Below are positions 1 to 7,478 of a stretch of 32,000 bases of DNA, piece after piece. The stretch's first letter is position 1. Each line of letters starts with the position of its first letter. This stretch comes from Candidatus Electronema halotolerans (GTDB lineage: Bacteria; Desulfobacterota; Desulfobulbia; Desulfobulbales; Desulfobulbaceae), in contig OW818675.1 in assembly GCA_942493095.1 (NCBI GenBank), positions 330,001 to 362,000 on the forward strand. The letters are read 5' to 3'. Position numbers and translations under genes: made by a program. Below the pieces are notes generated by a model. That model worked only from the letters and a program-made list of their open reading frames with translations. It was not told the DNA's origin and did no database searches.

Positions 1-722
1 CCCTGCTCAACAATCCGGCCTTGGTGCATGATCGAGACTGTCTCCGCCGCCTGCCGCACCAAGGGCAGGTCATGGGTGATGAGCAGCACCGCCATCTGGA
101 ATTCCTGCTGCAAATCCTTGATCAGCTCCAGAATTTGGGCCTGAATGGTCACATCCAAGGCTGTGGTCGGCTCATCGGCGATCAGCAGGGCAGGGCGGCA
201 GGCTAAGGCCATCGCAATCATGACCCGCTGCCGCTGGCCGCCGGAAAGCTGGTGCGGATAGGCTTTGAGCCGGTTTTCAGGCTCTTGAATGCCAGTGCGG
301 GCCAGCAGGCTGACTGCTTCCTGCCGCGCCTCTTCCGCCGACATCTGCCGATGGAGGAGCAGCGGCTCCACAAGCTGGCTGCCAATGGTATGCACCGGAT
401 TGAGCGAAGTCATCGGCTCCTGAAAGATCATGGCGATCTCATTGCCGCGCACAGCCCGGATTTCCCGTTTGCTGATCTGAAGCAAGTCCCGGTCTTGGAA
501 GAGAATCTGGCCCTGCGTCCGCACTCTGCTGACACCCTCCAGCAGGCGGAGAACGGACAGGGCGGCCACAGACTTGCCAGACCCGGATTCGCCGACCAAG
601 GCATGGGTTTTGCCAGCCTCAATGCTCAGGCTGATGCCGTGCAGGACTTCAGTGTCGCCGCCAAGTTCCTGGTCAGCGAGAAAGGAAAGACAAAGCTGGT
701 TGATTGCAAGCAGGGGCTTCAT
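1..722 (-). CDS. ABC transporter ATP-binding protein, peptide/nickel (DppD/OppD-like) type; 3' end runs off the window
   Basis: Missing from the ORF track because there is no stop inside the window. Reverse translation from ATG (720-722) reads [14 protein letters not shown]...GESGSGKS (Walker A)...LSGGQRQR (ABC signature, about nt 230-255)...[12 protein letters not shown] (Walker B)...LLITHDL. Confidence 0.85.
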   Translation of the reverse strand, partial: MKPLLAINQLCLSFLADQELGGDTEVLHGISLSIEAGKTHALVGESGSGKSVAALSVLRLLEGVSRVRTQGQILFQDRDLLQISKREIRAVRGNEIAMIFQEPMTSLNPVHTIGSQLVEPLLLHRQMSAEEARQEAVSLLARTGIQEPENRLKAYPHQLSGGQRQRVMIAMALACRPALLIADEPTTALDVTIQAQILELIKDLQQEFQMAVLLITHDLPLVRQAAETVSIMHQGRIVEQ

Positions 723-779
723 GCTGCGGAGTGTACCGCATGACTGAGGGGCAAGGCAAGGAGGGAGCGGGAAAAAATT

Positions 780-1199
780 TTATGCCGCTGTTGCCGGGAA
801 GTCGCCTTTTTTCTGACATTCCGGGCAGATGCCGGTGAATTCCACATGATGGCGGACGATCTTGTAGGCAGTTTTCTTGGCCGCTGCTCTGACAAGATCA
901 TAAATCACATCCATTTCAATATTTTCCACTTTGGAGCAGACCGAGCAGCGGATATGATAATGCGGCTCTGTGTCCGCATCAAAACGCTTCTGCGAGCCGC
1001 CCACCTCAAGTTTCAGAATGATGCCGCCTTCGGCCATCAACTCCAGATTCCGATAGACCGTGCCCAGCCCGATGCGCGGCAGCCGCTTCCGCACTATGTC
1101 GTACAGCTCGCAGGCCGTGGGATGATTCGCCTTAGTAAGCTCCTCCAGCAGAATCTGCCGCTGCGTTGTCATGCGAATGATGGGGTCTGCGGCCTGCAT
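780..1199 (-). CDS. Fur-family metal-responsive transcriptional regulator (Fur/Zur/PerR not distinguishable)
   Basis: 139-aa ORF with a winged-helix N-terminus (TTQRQILLEEL...GLGTVYRNL), a HYH motif and two CxxC pairs (CSVC, CPEC). It lies 57 nt upstream of the ABC ATPase on the same strand. Confidence 0.85.
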   Translation of the reverse strand: MQAADPIIRMTTQRQILLEELTKANHPTACELYDIVRKRLPRIGLGTVYRNLELMAEGGIILKLEVGGSQKRFDADTEPHYHIRCSVCSKVENIEMDVIYDLVRAAAKKTAYKIVRHHVEFTGICPECQKKGDFPATAA

Positions 1200-1347
1200 G
1201 TCCTTCCCTTGCTGGCTAAAAAAATTGTCCTGATGAGGTCAGTATGGCATTTTTCAAATACAATTCCGCATGTTCCGTCAAGAAATATAAAAGAGCTATT
1301 GGGAATGAAAGAGGAATCCTGTTGCGCTGCTTGAATGGGCTGAACAA

Positions 1348-1849
1348 TCACTTGTAATGTTCTGAATAGGCATCAAGCAGTTTTTTGTATCATTTTTTGA
1401 TATTGCGTATGATGCTTTTCCGCTTCACGTTTGAAGAAATCGAGGCTTTTTCTGCTGAGAGTGAGTGTTATTTCAACGTGTCCCTCTTTAAAAAGAAGCT
1501 GCTCCGGTGGTGGCAGAAAATCTTCAATTATGCGAATATCGCCTAACGGTTCGTCTGTATATTCAATTTTTTTGTTTTCTTTGTCATATATTTTCTTCCC
1601 TTTTCGCCAATAGCCAGCACCAATTATTCGTATGGCACTGCCACGAAACGTAAAACGAACAGTTGCAATACCTTCCTGTATCCTGCCGAAACAGTAATAT
1701 CTTTTCTCATCTTGACTATGAGCCGTATCTTCAGCAATAATACGCTGCGGATCGGCAAATGCGTATTGAGCAAGCTCAAATGACACGCCATGCTTTTTCT
1801 GGTTCTGTTGATTTTTAGCTTTATCCTATTCAAACTTGACCTGTTTCAT
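1348..1849 (-). pseudogene. Decayed BrnT-like (DUF497) toxin / BrnA-CopG-like antitoxin locus
   Basis: Minus-strand ATG at 1849 gives MKQVKFE-TAG(1826-1828)-DKAKNQQNQKKHGVSFELAQYAFADP...IRIIGAGYWRKGKKIY. The same frame continues into KKIEYTDEPLGDIRIIEDFLPPPEQLL...FFKREAEKHHTQYQKMIQKTA*. Removing one A from the A6 run near the end restores ..KMIQKLLDAYSEHYK* (stop at 1348-1350). Confidence 0.7.
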
Positions 1850-1851
1850 AA

Positions 1852-1950
1852 GGGTACCTCGAAAAATTGGTATTTTTGGCAGTTGTTGCGTTGTAAATGT
1901 CTGATTATTCGATCACGCCTTCGGCAAAATCGGTATTTTTCGAGGTACCC
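1852..1950. repeat. 99-bp unit bounded by perfect 16-bp inverted repeats (GGGTACCTCGAAAAAT ... ATTTTTCGAGGTACCC)
   Basis: Arms at 1852-1867 and 1935-1950 are exact reverse complements with a 67-bp spacer. An internal GGTATTTTT direct repeat occurs at 1869-1877 and 1932-1940. Confidence 0.8.
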
Positions 1951-2173
1951 ATAAATTCAGTTCATGTTTCTTTTCTCTCTGCGGTCCAATCAAATTTGAA
2001 ATATCTTCATAAAATCGAGCAGAAACAGCCTCTCCTTGGCAATCTCAATACGATTCAATGTCACTTGAAAAAATAAACGAGCAGTATTTACCCATCTGCT
2101 GACGTAATTGTCAAGGGCAATTTACACAGATTCGATATTGTCAGCCCGGCATTTTTCTGAACCTGGGTGGCAA

Positions 2174-3232
2174 TCAGATGATCCAGTCTTGGAAAACCTC
2201 ATCCGGCAACGGCTGCACCTCAGAAAGCCTTCTTTCACCACTGCTTTTCTCTAACAGCACCTCACCAGGCAGCGGTCGGCCCTCTGTCTTGCGGCTGTAG
2301 CGCACCACCAGCCCTGCCGCCAAACCTGCCAGCTCCTCCTGCTGGGCCGGGGAAACGACCTCTTCCACCCGCCGCAGCAGCGCAAAAGGGCCGGGCCGTT
2401 CCGGCATGAAAAGCTGCCAGTCCTCCGGCCCGCGCAGTTCGCTCAGGCGGTCGTTTTCCTGCTCATTGCGGCCCAGCACCAGCCAATGCCCGCCAGGCAG
2501 TCGGAACTGGCGGCCAAGCAGCAGCAGCTTGATGTCCTCAGCCGTGATCTCGTCCTGGCTGATAGCCAACAGGCCCTTGTAAAAACGCTGAATCCGGGCC
2601 GAGAGAATGGGGTCAGTCAGCACGCAGCCTCCGGCAGGGGCGGGAAAATCGGCAATGCCCATCTGCCGGGCCAAGGCAAGCTGCTGGCTGCGCCCGCGCC
2701 CGGCAAAGCTGTGCAGCCGTTCCCGGTCCACCAGCCCCTGCTGCTCGGCCAAGGTGGGATTGAGCAGCTTGGCAGACAAAGGCCGAAGCAAAATATCCCG
2801 GCAGTCCGCCTCCCGCTCAATCAGATTCAGCGTGTCACGCCGCTGCGACATGGGCCGCTGGCCCAGCACTTCGCCGGTAATCAGGAAAGAGGCCCCGCGC
2901 TCCTCCATCAGCTCGCGGGCACGGCGCAGCATCATGATTTTGCAGTCAATGCAGGGATTGAAATTCTTGCCAAAACCATGTGCCGGGCGGCGGAGCATGT
3001 CAAGATAGCCGCTGCTCAGGTCGATCAGCTCGGCCTCCAGCCCGTATTTTCGTTGCATTTCCTGCTGAAACCGCTCCGCCTCAGCCAGCAGATGATGATC
3101 AAAAAACGGGGTGACACACTTCAGGGCCAGCACGCGGATGCCTTGAGCGGCGACGGTGCGGCAGGCGAGGATGGAGTCAAGGCCGCCGGAAAACAGGGCC
3201 AAGGCGGTGATGCTCGTGGATGAGGATTTCAT
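2174..3232 (-). CDS. PP-loop ATP-pyrophosphatase superfamily protein (ThiI/MnmA-like, putative tRNA/thio-cofactor sulfurtransferase)
   Basis: 352-aa ORF with the N-terminal SGGLDS PP-loop motif (ALALFSGGLDSILA), NPCIDCKIMM and ITGEVLGQRPMSQ motifs typical of this family. The exact subfamily is not resolved. Confidence 0.65.
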   Translation of the reverse strand: MKSSSTSITALALFSGGLDSILACRTVAAQGIRVLALKCVTPFFDHHLLAEAERFQQEMQRKYGLEAELIDLSSGYLDMLRRPAHGFGKNFNPCIDCKIMMLRRARELMEERGASFLITGEVLGQRPMSQRRDTLNLIEREADCRDILLRPLSAKLLNPTLAEQQGLVDRERLHSFAGRGRSQQLALARQMGIADFPAPAGGCVLTDPILSARIQRFYKGLLAISQDEITAEDIKLLLLGRQFRLPGGHWLVLGRNEQENDRLSELRGPEDWQLFMPERPGPFALLRRVEEVVSPAQQEELAGLAAGLVVRYSRKTEGRPLPGEVLLEKSSGERRLSEVQPLPDEVFQDWII

Positions 3233-3250
3233 GAAATAGAGAAGAATTTC

Positions 3251-3280
3251 TTGGCAATTGCAGAGCCGGACACATATAAT
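3251..3280 (+). promoter_or_regulatory. sigma70-like promoter TTGGCA-N18-TATAAT
   Basis: -35 TTGGCA at 3251-3256 and -10 TATAAT at 3275-3280, about 85 nt upstream of the cNMP-domain gene. Confidence 0.4.
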
Positions 3281-3365
3281 GATTCTGTGCGCATCAGAGA
3301 TACTATTCGGTTTTCCCTGACAGTTTCAACTCATTTCCGCAGCAGAGCGACTCTCCTCCTTGCCC

Positions 3366-3983
3366 ATGCATATTCAGTTTCTTGGCTTTCTGGCCGCCTT
3401 TCTCATGTTCTCCACTTTTTACATGAAGAACATGGTGCCGCTGCGCATTGTCGGCATTGCCAGCAATATCACCTTTATCATCTACACGGTCAATGCGGAG
3501 ATATGGCCGGTCTTCACCCTCCATGTGGTGCTGCTGCCCATGAACTGCCTGCGCTTGGTGCAGATGCTCCGGCTGATCCGGCAGGTGCGGCGGGCATCAG
3601 AAGGGGACATGTCGTTTGAATTCATGATCCCGCACATGAAAAAAGAGCGTTTCAAGGAAGGTGAGATCATTTTTCACAAAGGCGACCGGGCAGAGAAAAT
3701 TTATCTGCTCAAATCCGGGCATCTCATGGTGGATGAATTTGACGTGGCCTTGCGGCCTGGGGAGCTGTTCGGGGAAATGGGCGTGTTTGCCAGCGACCAG
3801 ACGCGCAGTGCCACCCTGCGCTGCAAAACCGATGTGGAACTGCTCGCCATGACTGACAAGCAAATCCGCCAGCTTTACTATCAGAATCCTGATTTTGGCT
3901 TTTATCTGATCCAGCTCCTGCTCAAGCGTTTTGCGCACAACGAGGTCAAGGCTGTAAAGCTCAATGCCCCGCACGTGGGATAA
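3366..3983 (+). CDS. Membrane protein with three N-terminal TM helices fused to a C-terminal cyclic-nucleotide-binding domain
   Basis: Hydrophobic segments IQFLGFLAAFLMFSTFY, VPLRIVGIASNITFIIYTV and IWPVFTLHVVLLPMNCL are followed by a cNMP-binding fold (FHKGDRAEKIYLLKSGHL...GELFGEMGVFASDQTRSATLRC). The start could be ATG 3366 or TTG 3360, and no clear SD is present. Confidence 0.75.
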   Translation: MHIQFLGFLAAFLMFSTFYMKNMVPLRIVGIASNITFIIYTVNAEIWPVFTLHVVLLPMNCLRLVQMLRLIRQVRRASEGDMSFEFMIPHMKKERFKEGEIIFHKGDRAEKIYLLKSGHLMVDEFDVALRPGELFGEMGVFASDQTRSATLRCKTDVELLAMTDKQIRQLYYQNPDFGFYLIQLLLKRFAHNEVKAVKLNAPHVG

Positions 3984-4171
3984 CTGGTGCCAAGCGCGTC
4001 TTATTTTCCGCCGTTCAAATAATAACTGCTTTTTTTCTCAGCAAGCACCAATATTTGTCGGCGGTCAAGCTCGATCTTGTATGATTGCGGCCTATCGCCC
4101 TACGGACGCGGCTCATATTTCATGAGCGTCTGTCCGGCGGCAGGGTGTCAGCCATGAAGAATCCTCAAAAT

Positions 4172-4208
4172 ACAAAAGACCGATAGCATTGTCGCCATCG
4201 GTCTTTTG
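4172..4208. terminator. Bidirectional intrinsic terminator
   Basis: Stem GACCGAT (4178-4184) / ATCGGTC (4197-4203) is flanked by AAAA upstream and TTTT downstream, so it reads as hairpin plus U-tract on both strands. It lies just downstream of the minus-strand small gene. Confidence 0.6.
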
Positions 4209-4240
4209 CTGCACTTCTAAAGCTGGGAACTGCGGTTTTC

Positions 4241-4435
4241 TCAGCAGCCGGCAATAGGTGCTCTTTTTTTCTGCACTTTCACCTCGTCACCAGCTTTCAG
4301 CTTTGTCCCTTCACATTTCATGGTGACAGTGTCACCCTCAACAGTCTCAACTTTGCATGTTTCGGTTGCGGCCCAAGCAATGCCAACGGTGACAGCAAAG
4401 GCTGCGACCATTACTGCTGCAATGATTTTTTTCAC
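4241..4435 (-). CDS. Small secreted protein (64 aa; signal peptide, 3 Cys in the roughly 42-aa mature part)
   Basis: GTG start is preceded by AGGAGG. The sequence is MKKIIAAVMVAAFAVTVGIAWA|ATETCKVE...APIAGC. It has its own consensus promoter and a terminator. Confidence 0.55.
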   Translation of the reverse strand: MKKIIAAVMVAAFAVTVGIAWAATETCKVETVEGDTVTMKCEGTKLKAGDEVKVQKKRAPIAGC

Positions 4436-4487
4436 AGTAAAAACCTCCTGATATATTTACGTGGGGTTAGCTCCAAATTAGTACCGC

Positions 4488-4516
4488 ATAATAATGCGTT
4501 CCTGAGCGGATGTCAA
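4488..4516 (-). promoter_or_regulatory. sigma70 promoter TTGACA-N17-TATTAT (minus strand)
   Basis: Plus-strand tgtcaa at 4511-4516 and ataata at 4488-4493, about 50 nt upstream of the small secreted-protein gene. Confidence 0.5.
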
Positions 4517-4591
4517 TATAAAATCCTTGCGCCGCCGCCCGGACTTATTGTGCAGATGCTCTCGCGCATATTGAAAACATTATGATTTTAC

Positions 4592-4626
4592 GGACACTTT
4601 CCTAAGAAAGCCTGTCCAGTTTTTTT
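4592..4626 (+). terminator. Orphan intrinsic-terminator-like hairpin plus T7
   Basis: GGACA-CTTTC-ctaa-GAAAG-cc-TGTCC is followed by AG and TTTTTTT (4620-4626). No plus-strand gene lies upstream of it. Confidence 0.45.
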
Positions 4627-4783
4627 GCTCTGAGAACAGCGGGCAATGCCTCTCCTTGGTGCTGCTGAAGCAAGAAGCCGACAGCAATTATCTCCCGCAG
4701 GCCGGATGAGGAGAGCCGAAAATATCTGTTCGTTGCTGTTGACAGAGCGGCCAGATGGGTTTATATGGAAATTCACGCCTCAA

Positions 4784-4812
4784 GGACAGCAGAGGAAGCC
4801 TGTTCTTTTTTT
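4784..4812 (+). terminator. Weak terminator/attenuator-like hairpin plus T7 in the fabG leader
   Basis: GGACAG (4784-4789) pairs with CTGTTC (4800-4805) with one G-U pair, then T7 (4806-4812). It sits downstream of a TTGACA (4739-4744) with a weak -10 (TATATG). Confidence 0.3.
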
Positions 4813-4929
4813 GAAGAATATCCTTGCTAAGGCTCCTTTTTTTCCATTTCAGGGATTCTTCGGAAAAGGCAATGCGATCTGCCGATTGGCTTATCTCCAT
4901 AAAATGAACAACTAACATTCTTTATCCCA

Positions 4930-5676
4930 TTGAACACCTTCACCAATCAAAAAGCCATCATCACTGGGGCGACCAAGGGCATAGGCCGGGCCATTGCCGA
5001 GGCCCTGCTGGCTCAAGGCGCAACTGTGCTCGGCTTGTACGGCGGCGACAAGGCGGCAGCGGCAGACTTTGCCGCTGCTCAGACTAAGACTGAGACCGGC
5101 GGAAGGCTCCGGCTACAGCAAGTGGATGTCAGCGACTACCGGGCTGTGGAGTCCTTCTACCGCGAGGCCGAAGAGCAGTTTGAGACCATTGACATTCTGG
5201 TCAACAACGCGGGCATCCGCCGCGACGCGGTTTTGGCCATGATGCGGCAGGAGAACTGGCAGCGTGTCTTGGATGTCAACCTCACTGGCGGCTACAACAT
5301 GACCCGTTTTGCCATCCCCCTGATGATGAAGCAGAAATACGGGCGGATCATCTTCATCACCTCGCCTATGGGCCATCTCGGCTTTGCTGGGCAGAGCAAC
5401 TATGCCGCTTCCAAGGCCGGACAGACCGGCCTGATGAAGTCGCTCTCCAAAGAAGTGGCCAAGCGGAAAATCACGGTCAACTGCGTCTCGCCCGGCTTCA
5501 TCAGCACGGATTTTATTGATGATCTCTCGGAAGAACAGGTCAAAGAATACAAGAAGCTGGTGCCAGCGGGCCGTTTCGGCAAGCCGGAGGAAGTGGCCGA
5601 CGCGGTGCTCTTTCTGGCCGACAAAAAGGCGGCTTATATCACCGGCGCAGTGCTGGAAGTGACCGGAGGACTGTAA
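4930..5676 (+). CDS. fabG: 3-oxoacyl-ACP reductase (FabG-type SDR)
   Basis: 248 aa with TGATKGIG (cofactor loop), NNAG, and the catalytic Ser plus YAASK (YxxxK). The start is TTG with no obvious SD. Confidence 0.85.
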   Translation: MNTFTNQKAIITGATKGIGRAIAEALLAQGATVLGLYGGDKAAAADFAAAQTKTETGGRLRLQQVDVSDYRAVESFYREAEEQFETIDILVNNAGIRRDAVLAMMRQENWQRVLDVNLTGGYNMTRFAIPLMMKQKYGRIIFITSPMGHLGFAGQSNYAASKAGQTGLMKSLSKEVAKRKITVNCVSPGFISTDFIDDLSEEQVKEYKKLVPAGRFGKPEEVADAVLFLADKKAAYITGAVLEVTGGL

Positions 5677-6107
5677 TGGACAAAGATTTCATCATGGCCC
5701 GGATTCCGCACCGTCCGCCGTTTCTCTGGCTGGACCGGGTGCTGGAGCTGACTGACAGCGCAATTCGGGCGCAGACAACTTTGCCGAAAGATTTGGAGGT
5801 CTTTAAAGGCCATTATCCTGATTATCCGATCATGCCTGGGGTGCTGCTCTGCGAGGCGGTCTTTCAGGCCGGTGCCCTGCTGATTGCTGAGACGCTGCGG
5901 AATAAGGAAGAACTGAAGGGCGTGCCGGTGCTGACCCGCATCCTTGGGGCCAAGTTCAAGCGGGAAGTGCGGCCCGGCGACCGGATCAGCATTGCCGTCA
6001 GCTTGCAGGAGCGGATCGGCCCGGCGTGGTTTCTCAAAGGCAGTGTGCAGGTGCAGGGCAAAACAGCGGTGCAGGTTGAGTTCGCCTGCGCCTTGAAGGG
6101 GGAGTGA
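5676..6107 (+). CDS. fabZ: FabZ-like 3-hydroxyacyl-ACP dehydratase (hotdog fold)
   Basis: 143 aa with [13 protein letters not shown] and [17 protein letters not shown] (catalytic His/Glu context of FabZ/FabA). The start overlaps the fabG stop (TAATG). Confidence 0.8.
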   Translation: MDKDFIMARIPHRPPFLWLDRVLELTDSAIRAQTTLPKDLEVFKGHYPDYPIMPGVLLCEAVFQAGALLIAETLRNKEELKGVPVLTRILGAKFKREVRPGDRISIAVSLQERIGPAWFLKGSVQVQGKTAVQVEFACALKGE

Positions 6108-6907
6108 TGGATTTTCTCAGGCTGGCAGGCAAAAAAATCGTTGTCTTTGGCTTGGCGAACAAGAAATCCGTGGCCTGCGCTGTTGGCAAGGTGCTGGCTG
6201 AGGTCGGGGCGGAAGTGATTCACGTGGTGCGCAGCGAGGAGCGGGCCGCAGCCTGCCGCAAGCTCTTTCCGGCCAGCCCGGTCTTCTGCTGCGATGTGGA
6301 AGACGAGACGAACATCATCCGGGTGCGGGACGAGATCGCCGCTCAAGTTGGCGGGCCGCTTGCGGGCATTGTCCATTCCATCGCCTTTGCCAATTACTCA
6401 GAAGGACTGCAACCCTTTCACGCCACCGTGAAAAAGGACTTTCTTCAGGCAATTGACATCTCCTGCTTCTCTTTTATCGTCATTGCCAATCACTTCAGAG
6501 AGCTGCTCGACCCGGACGGGGCAATGGTGACAATTTCCATTTCCACCACCCGCATGGCCTCGGAAAACTACGGCTACATGGCTCCGGTCAAGGCGGCCTT
6601 GGATTCCTCGCTCTGCTTTTTGGCCAAGTCGTTTTCCGCCTTTTCGCGGGTGCGCTTCAACGCGGTCGGAGCCAGCCTGCTCAAGACTTCGGCCTCAGCA
6701 GGCATTCCCGGCTACATTGACGCATATCTTTTTGCCGAGCAAGCCATTCCCCGCAAGCAGGCCTTGCAGACCAATGAAGTCGCTGATGCAGCCGCCTTTC
6801 TGCTTTCCGAGCGTTCCTCCGGCATCAACGGCCAGACTCTTATTGTCGATGCGGGCATGAGCTTCAACTATTTTGACAAAGAAATCATCAACAAGGCGGT
6901 GCGCTGA
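6107..6907 (+). CDS. fabI: FabI-like enoyl-ACP reductase
   Basis: Collinear with E. coli FabI: [32 protein letters not shown] (Y-x6-K) and LIVDAGMS. The start overlaps the upstream stop (TGATG). Confidence 0.8.
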   Translation: MDFLRLAGKKIVVFGLANKKSVACAVGKVLAEVGAEVIHVVRSEERAAACRKLFPASPVFCCDVEDETNIIRVRDEIAAQVGGPLAGIVHSIAFANYSEGLQPFHATVKKDFLQAIDISCFSFIVIANHFRELLDPDGAMVTISISTTRMASENYGYMAPVKAALDSSLCFLAKSFSAFSRVRFNAVGASLLKTSASAGIPGYIDAYLFAEQAIPRKQALQTNEVADAAAFLLSERSSGINGQTLIVDAGMSFNYFDKEIINKAVR

Positions 6908-7155
6908 TGGCTGCCCCGCCGCTCAATCCATTTTTCCGCGCCCTTGGCATGGTCAAACATGCTTGGGCAGTGTTCCGGGCCAAGGACACGCCACGTTACG
7001 TCAAGCTGGTCTTTGGCTTGGGCCTGTTATACATCGTTTCGCCTTGGGATCTGATCCCGGAATGGATTCCTGTCATCGGCCTGATGGATGATCTTACCTT
7101 GGCGGCCCTGCTGGTTGCCTGGGCGAACGGGTTTAAGGTGGATGGGGAGGAATAG
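6907..7155 (+). CDS. DUF1232 (YkvA-like) small membrane protein
   Basis: 82 aa with the family motif SPWDLIPEWIPVIGLMDD. The start overlaps the fabI-like stop (TGATG). Confidence 0.8.
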   Translation: MAAPPLNPFFRALGMVKHAWAVFRAKDTPRYVKLVFGLGLLYIVSPWDLIPEWIPVIGLMDDLTLAALLVAWANGFKVDGEE

Positions 7156-7216
7156 GTAACTCAGCTCAGTTTTGCAAAAGGAAAAACAGAACATTTGTGA
7201 TGTGTTGAAATAATGA

Positions 7217-7236
7217 GGGCGAGCCAAGGCCCGCCC
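7217..7236. terminator. GC-rich hairpin between convergent genes
   Basis: GGGCGaGC-caag-GCcCGCCC lies between the DUF1232 gene (+) and the 47-aa ORF (-). The U-tracts are weak. Confidence 0.35.
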
Positions 7237-7264
7237 TTAACATAGATGGAAATTTCAGCATGGT

Positions 7265-7408
7265 CTAATGACCATGCGAAAGCAGTGAATCATCATGTTG
7301 ACATCGAGTCCAGCTTCCATCGCTGTTCCTTTTACATGCGAAGGAATTGCTGGTTAGCAAAACAGATGAAGTCAAGCAAATTACCAGAAGCAAAATCAGC
7401 CGTCTCAT
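7265..7408 (-). CDS. 47-aa secreted peptide candidate (below the ORF-track cutoff)
   Basis: GGGAGGAG lies 3 nt before the ATG (7406-7408). The sequence is MRRLILLLVICLTSSVLLTSNSFA|CKRNSDGSWTRCQHDDSLLSHGH with stop TAG at 7265-7267. It has its own consensus promoter. Confidence 0.4.
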   Translation of the reverse strand: MRRLILLLVICLTSSVLLTSNSFACKRNSDGSWTRCQHDDSLLSHGH

Positions 7409-7449
7409 TTTCTCCTCCCTTTTTTAAATAAGAAACATGCTCTTTATTA

Positions 7450-7478
7450 TTATCGACCTGAAAATAATTTCTGTCAAT
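7450..7478 (-). promoter_or_regulatory. sigma70 promoter TTGACA-N17-GATAAT (minus strand)
   Basis: Plus-strand tgtcaa at 7473-7478 and attatc at 7450-7455, about 40 nt upstream of the 47-aa ORF. Confidence 0.5.

Noticed and set aside
252-743. 163-aa plus-strand ORF at the left edge
   Set aside because: It is antisense to the ABC ATPase, whose Walker A, signature and Walker B motifs are all in the minus frame.
2486-3223. 245-aa plus-strand ORF (and 2607-3008) antisense to the PP-loop ATPase gene
   Set aside because: Shadow ORFs. The minus-strand frame has the SGGLDS PP-loop motif and these have no signals.
4217-4243. Possible selenocysteine read-through: the small secreted protein ends ...AGC-TGA and the frame continues ENRSSQL-TAG, giving a C-terminal Cys-Sec pair
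   Set aside because: The downstream hairpin (GCAGUUC...GAAGUGC, one G-G mismatch, 9-nt loop) does not resemble a bacterial SECIS in spacing or loop sequence. No known selenoprotein family matches, so the TGA is treated as an ordinary stop.
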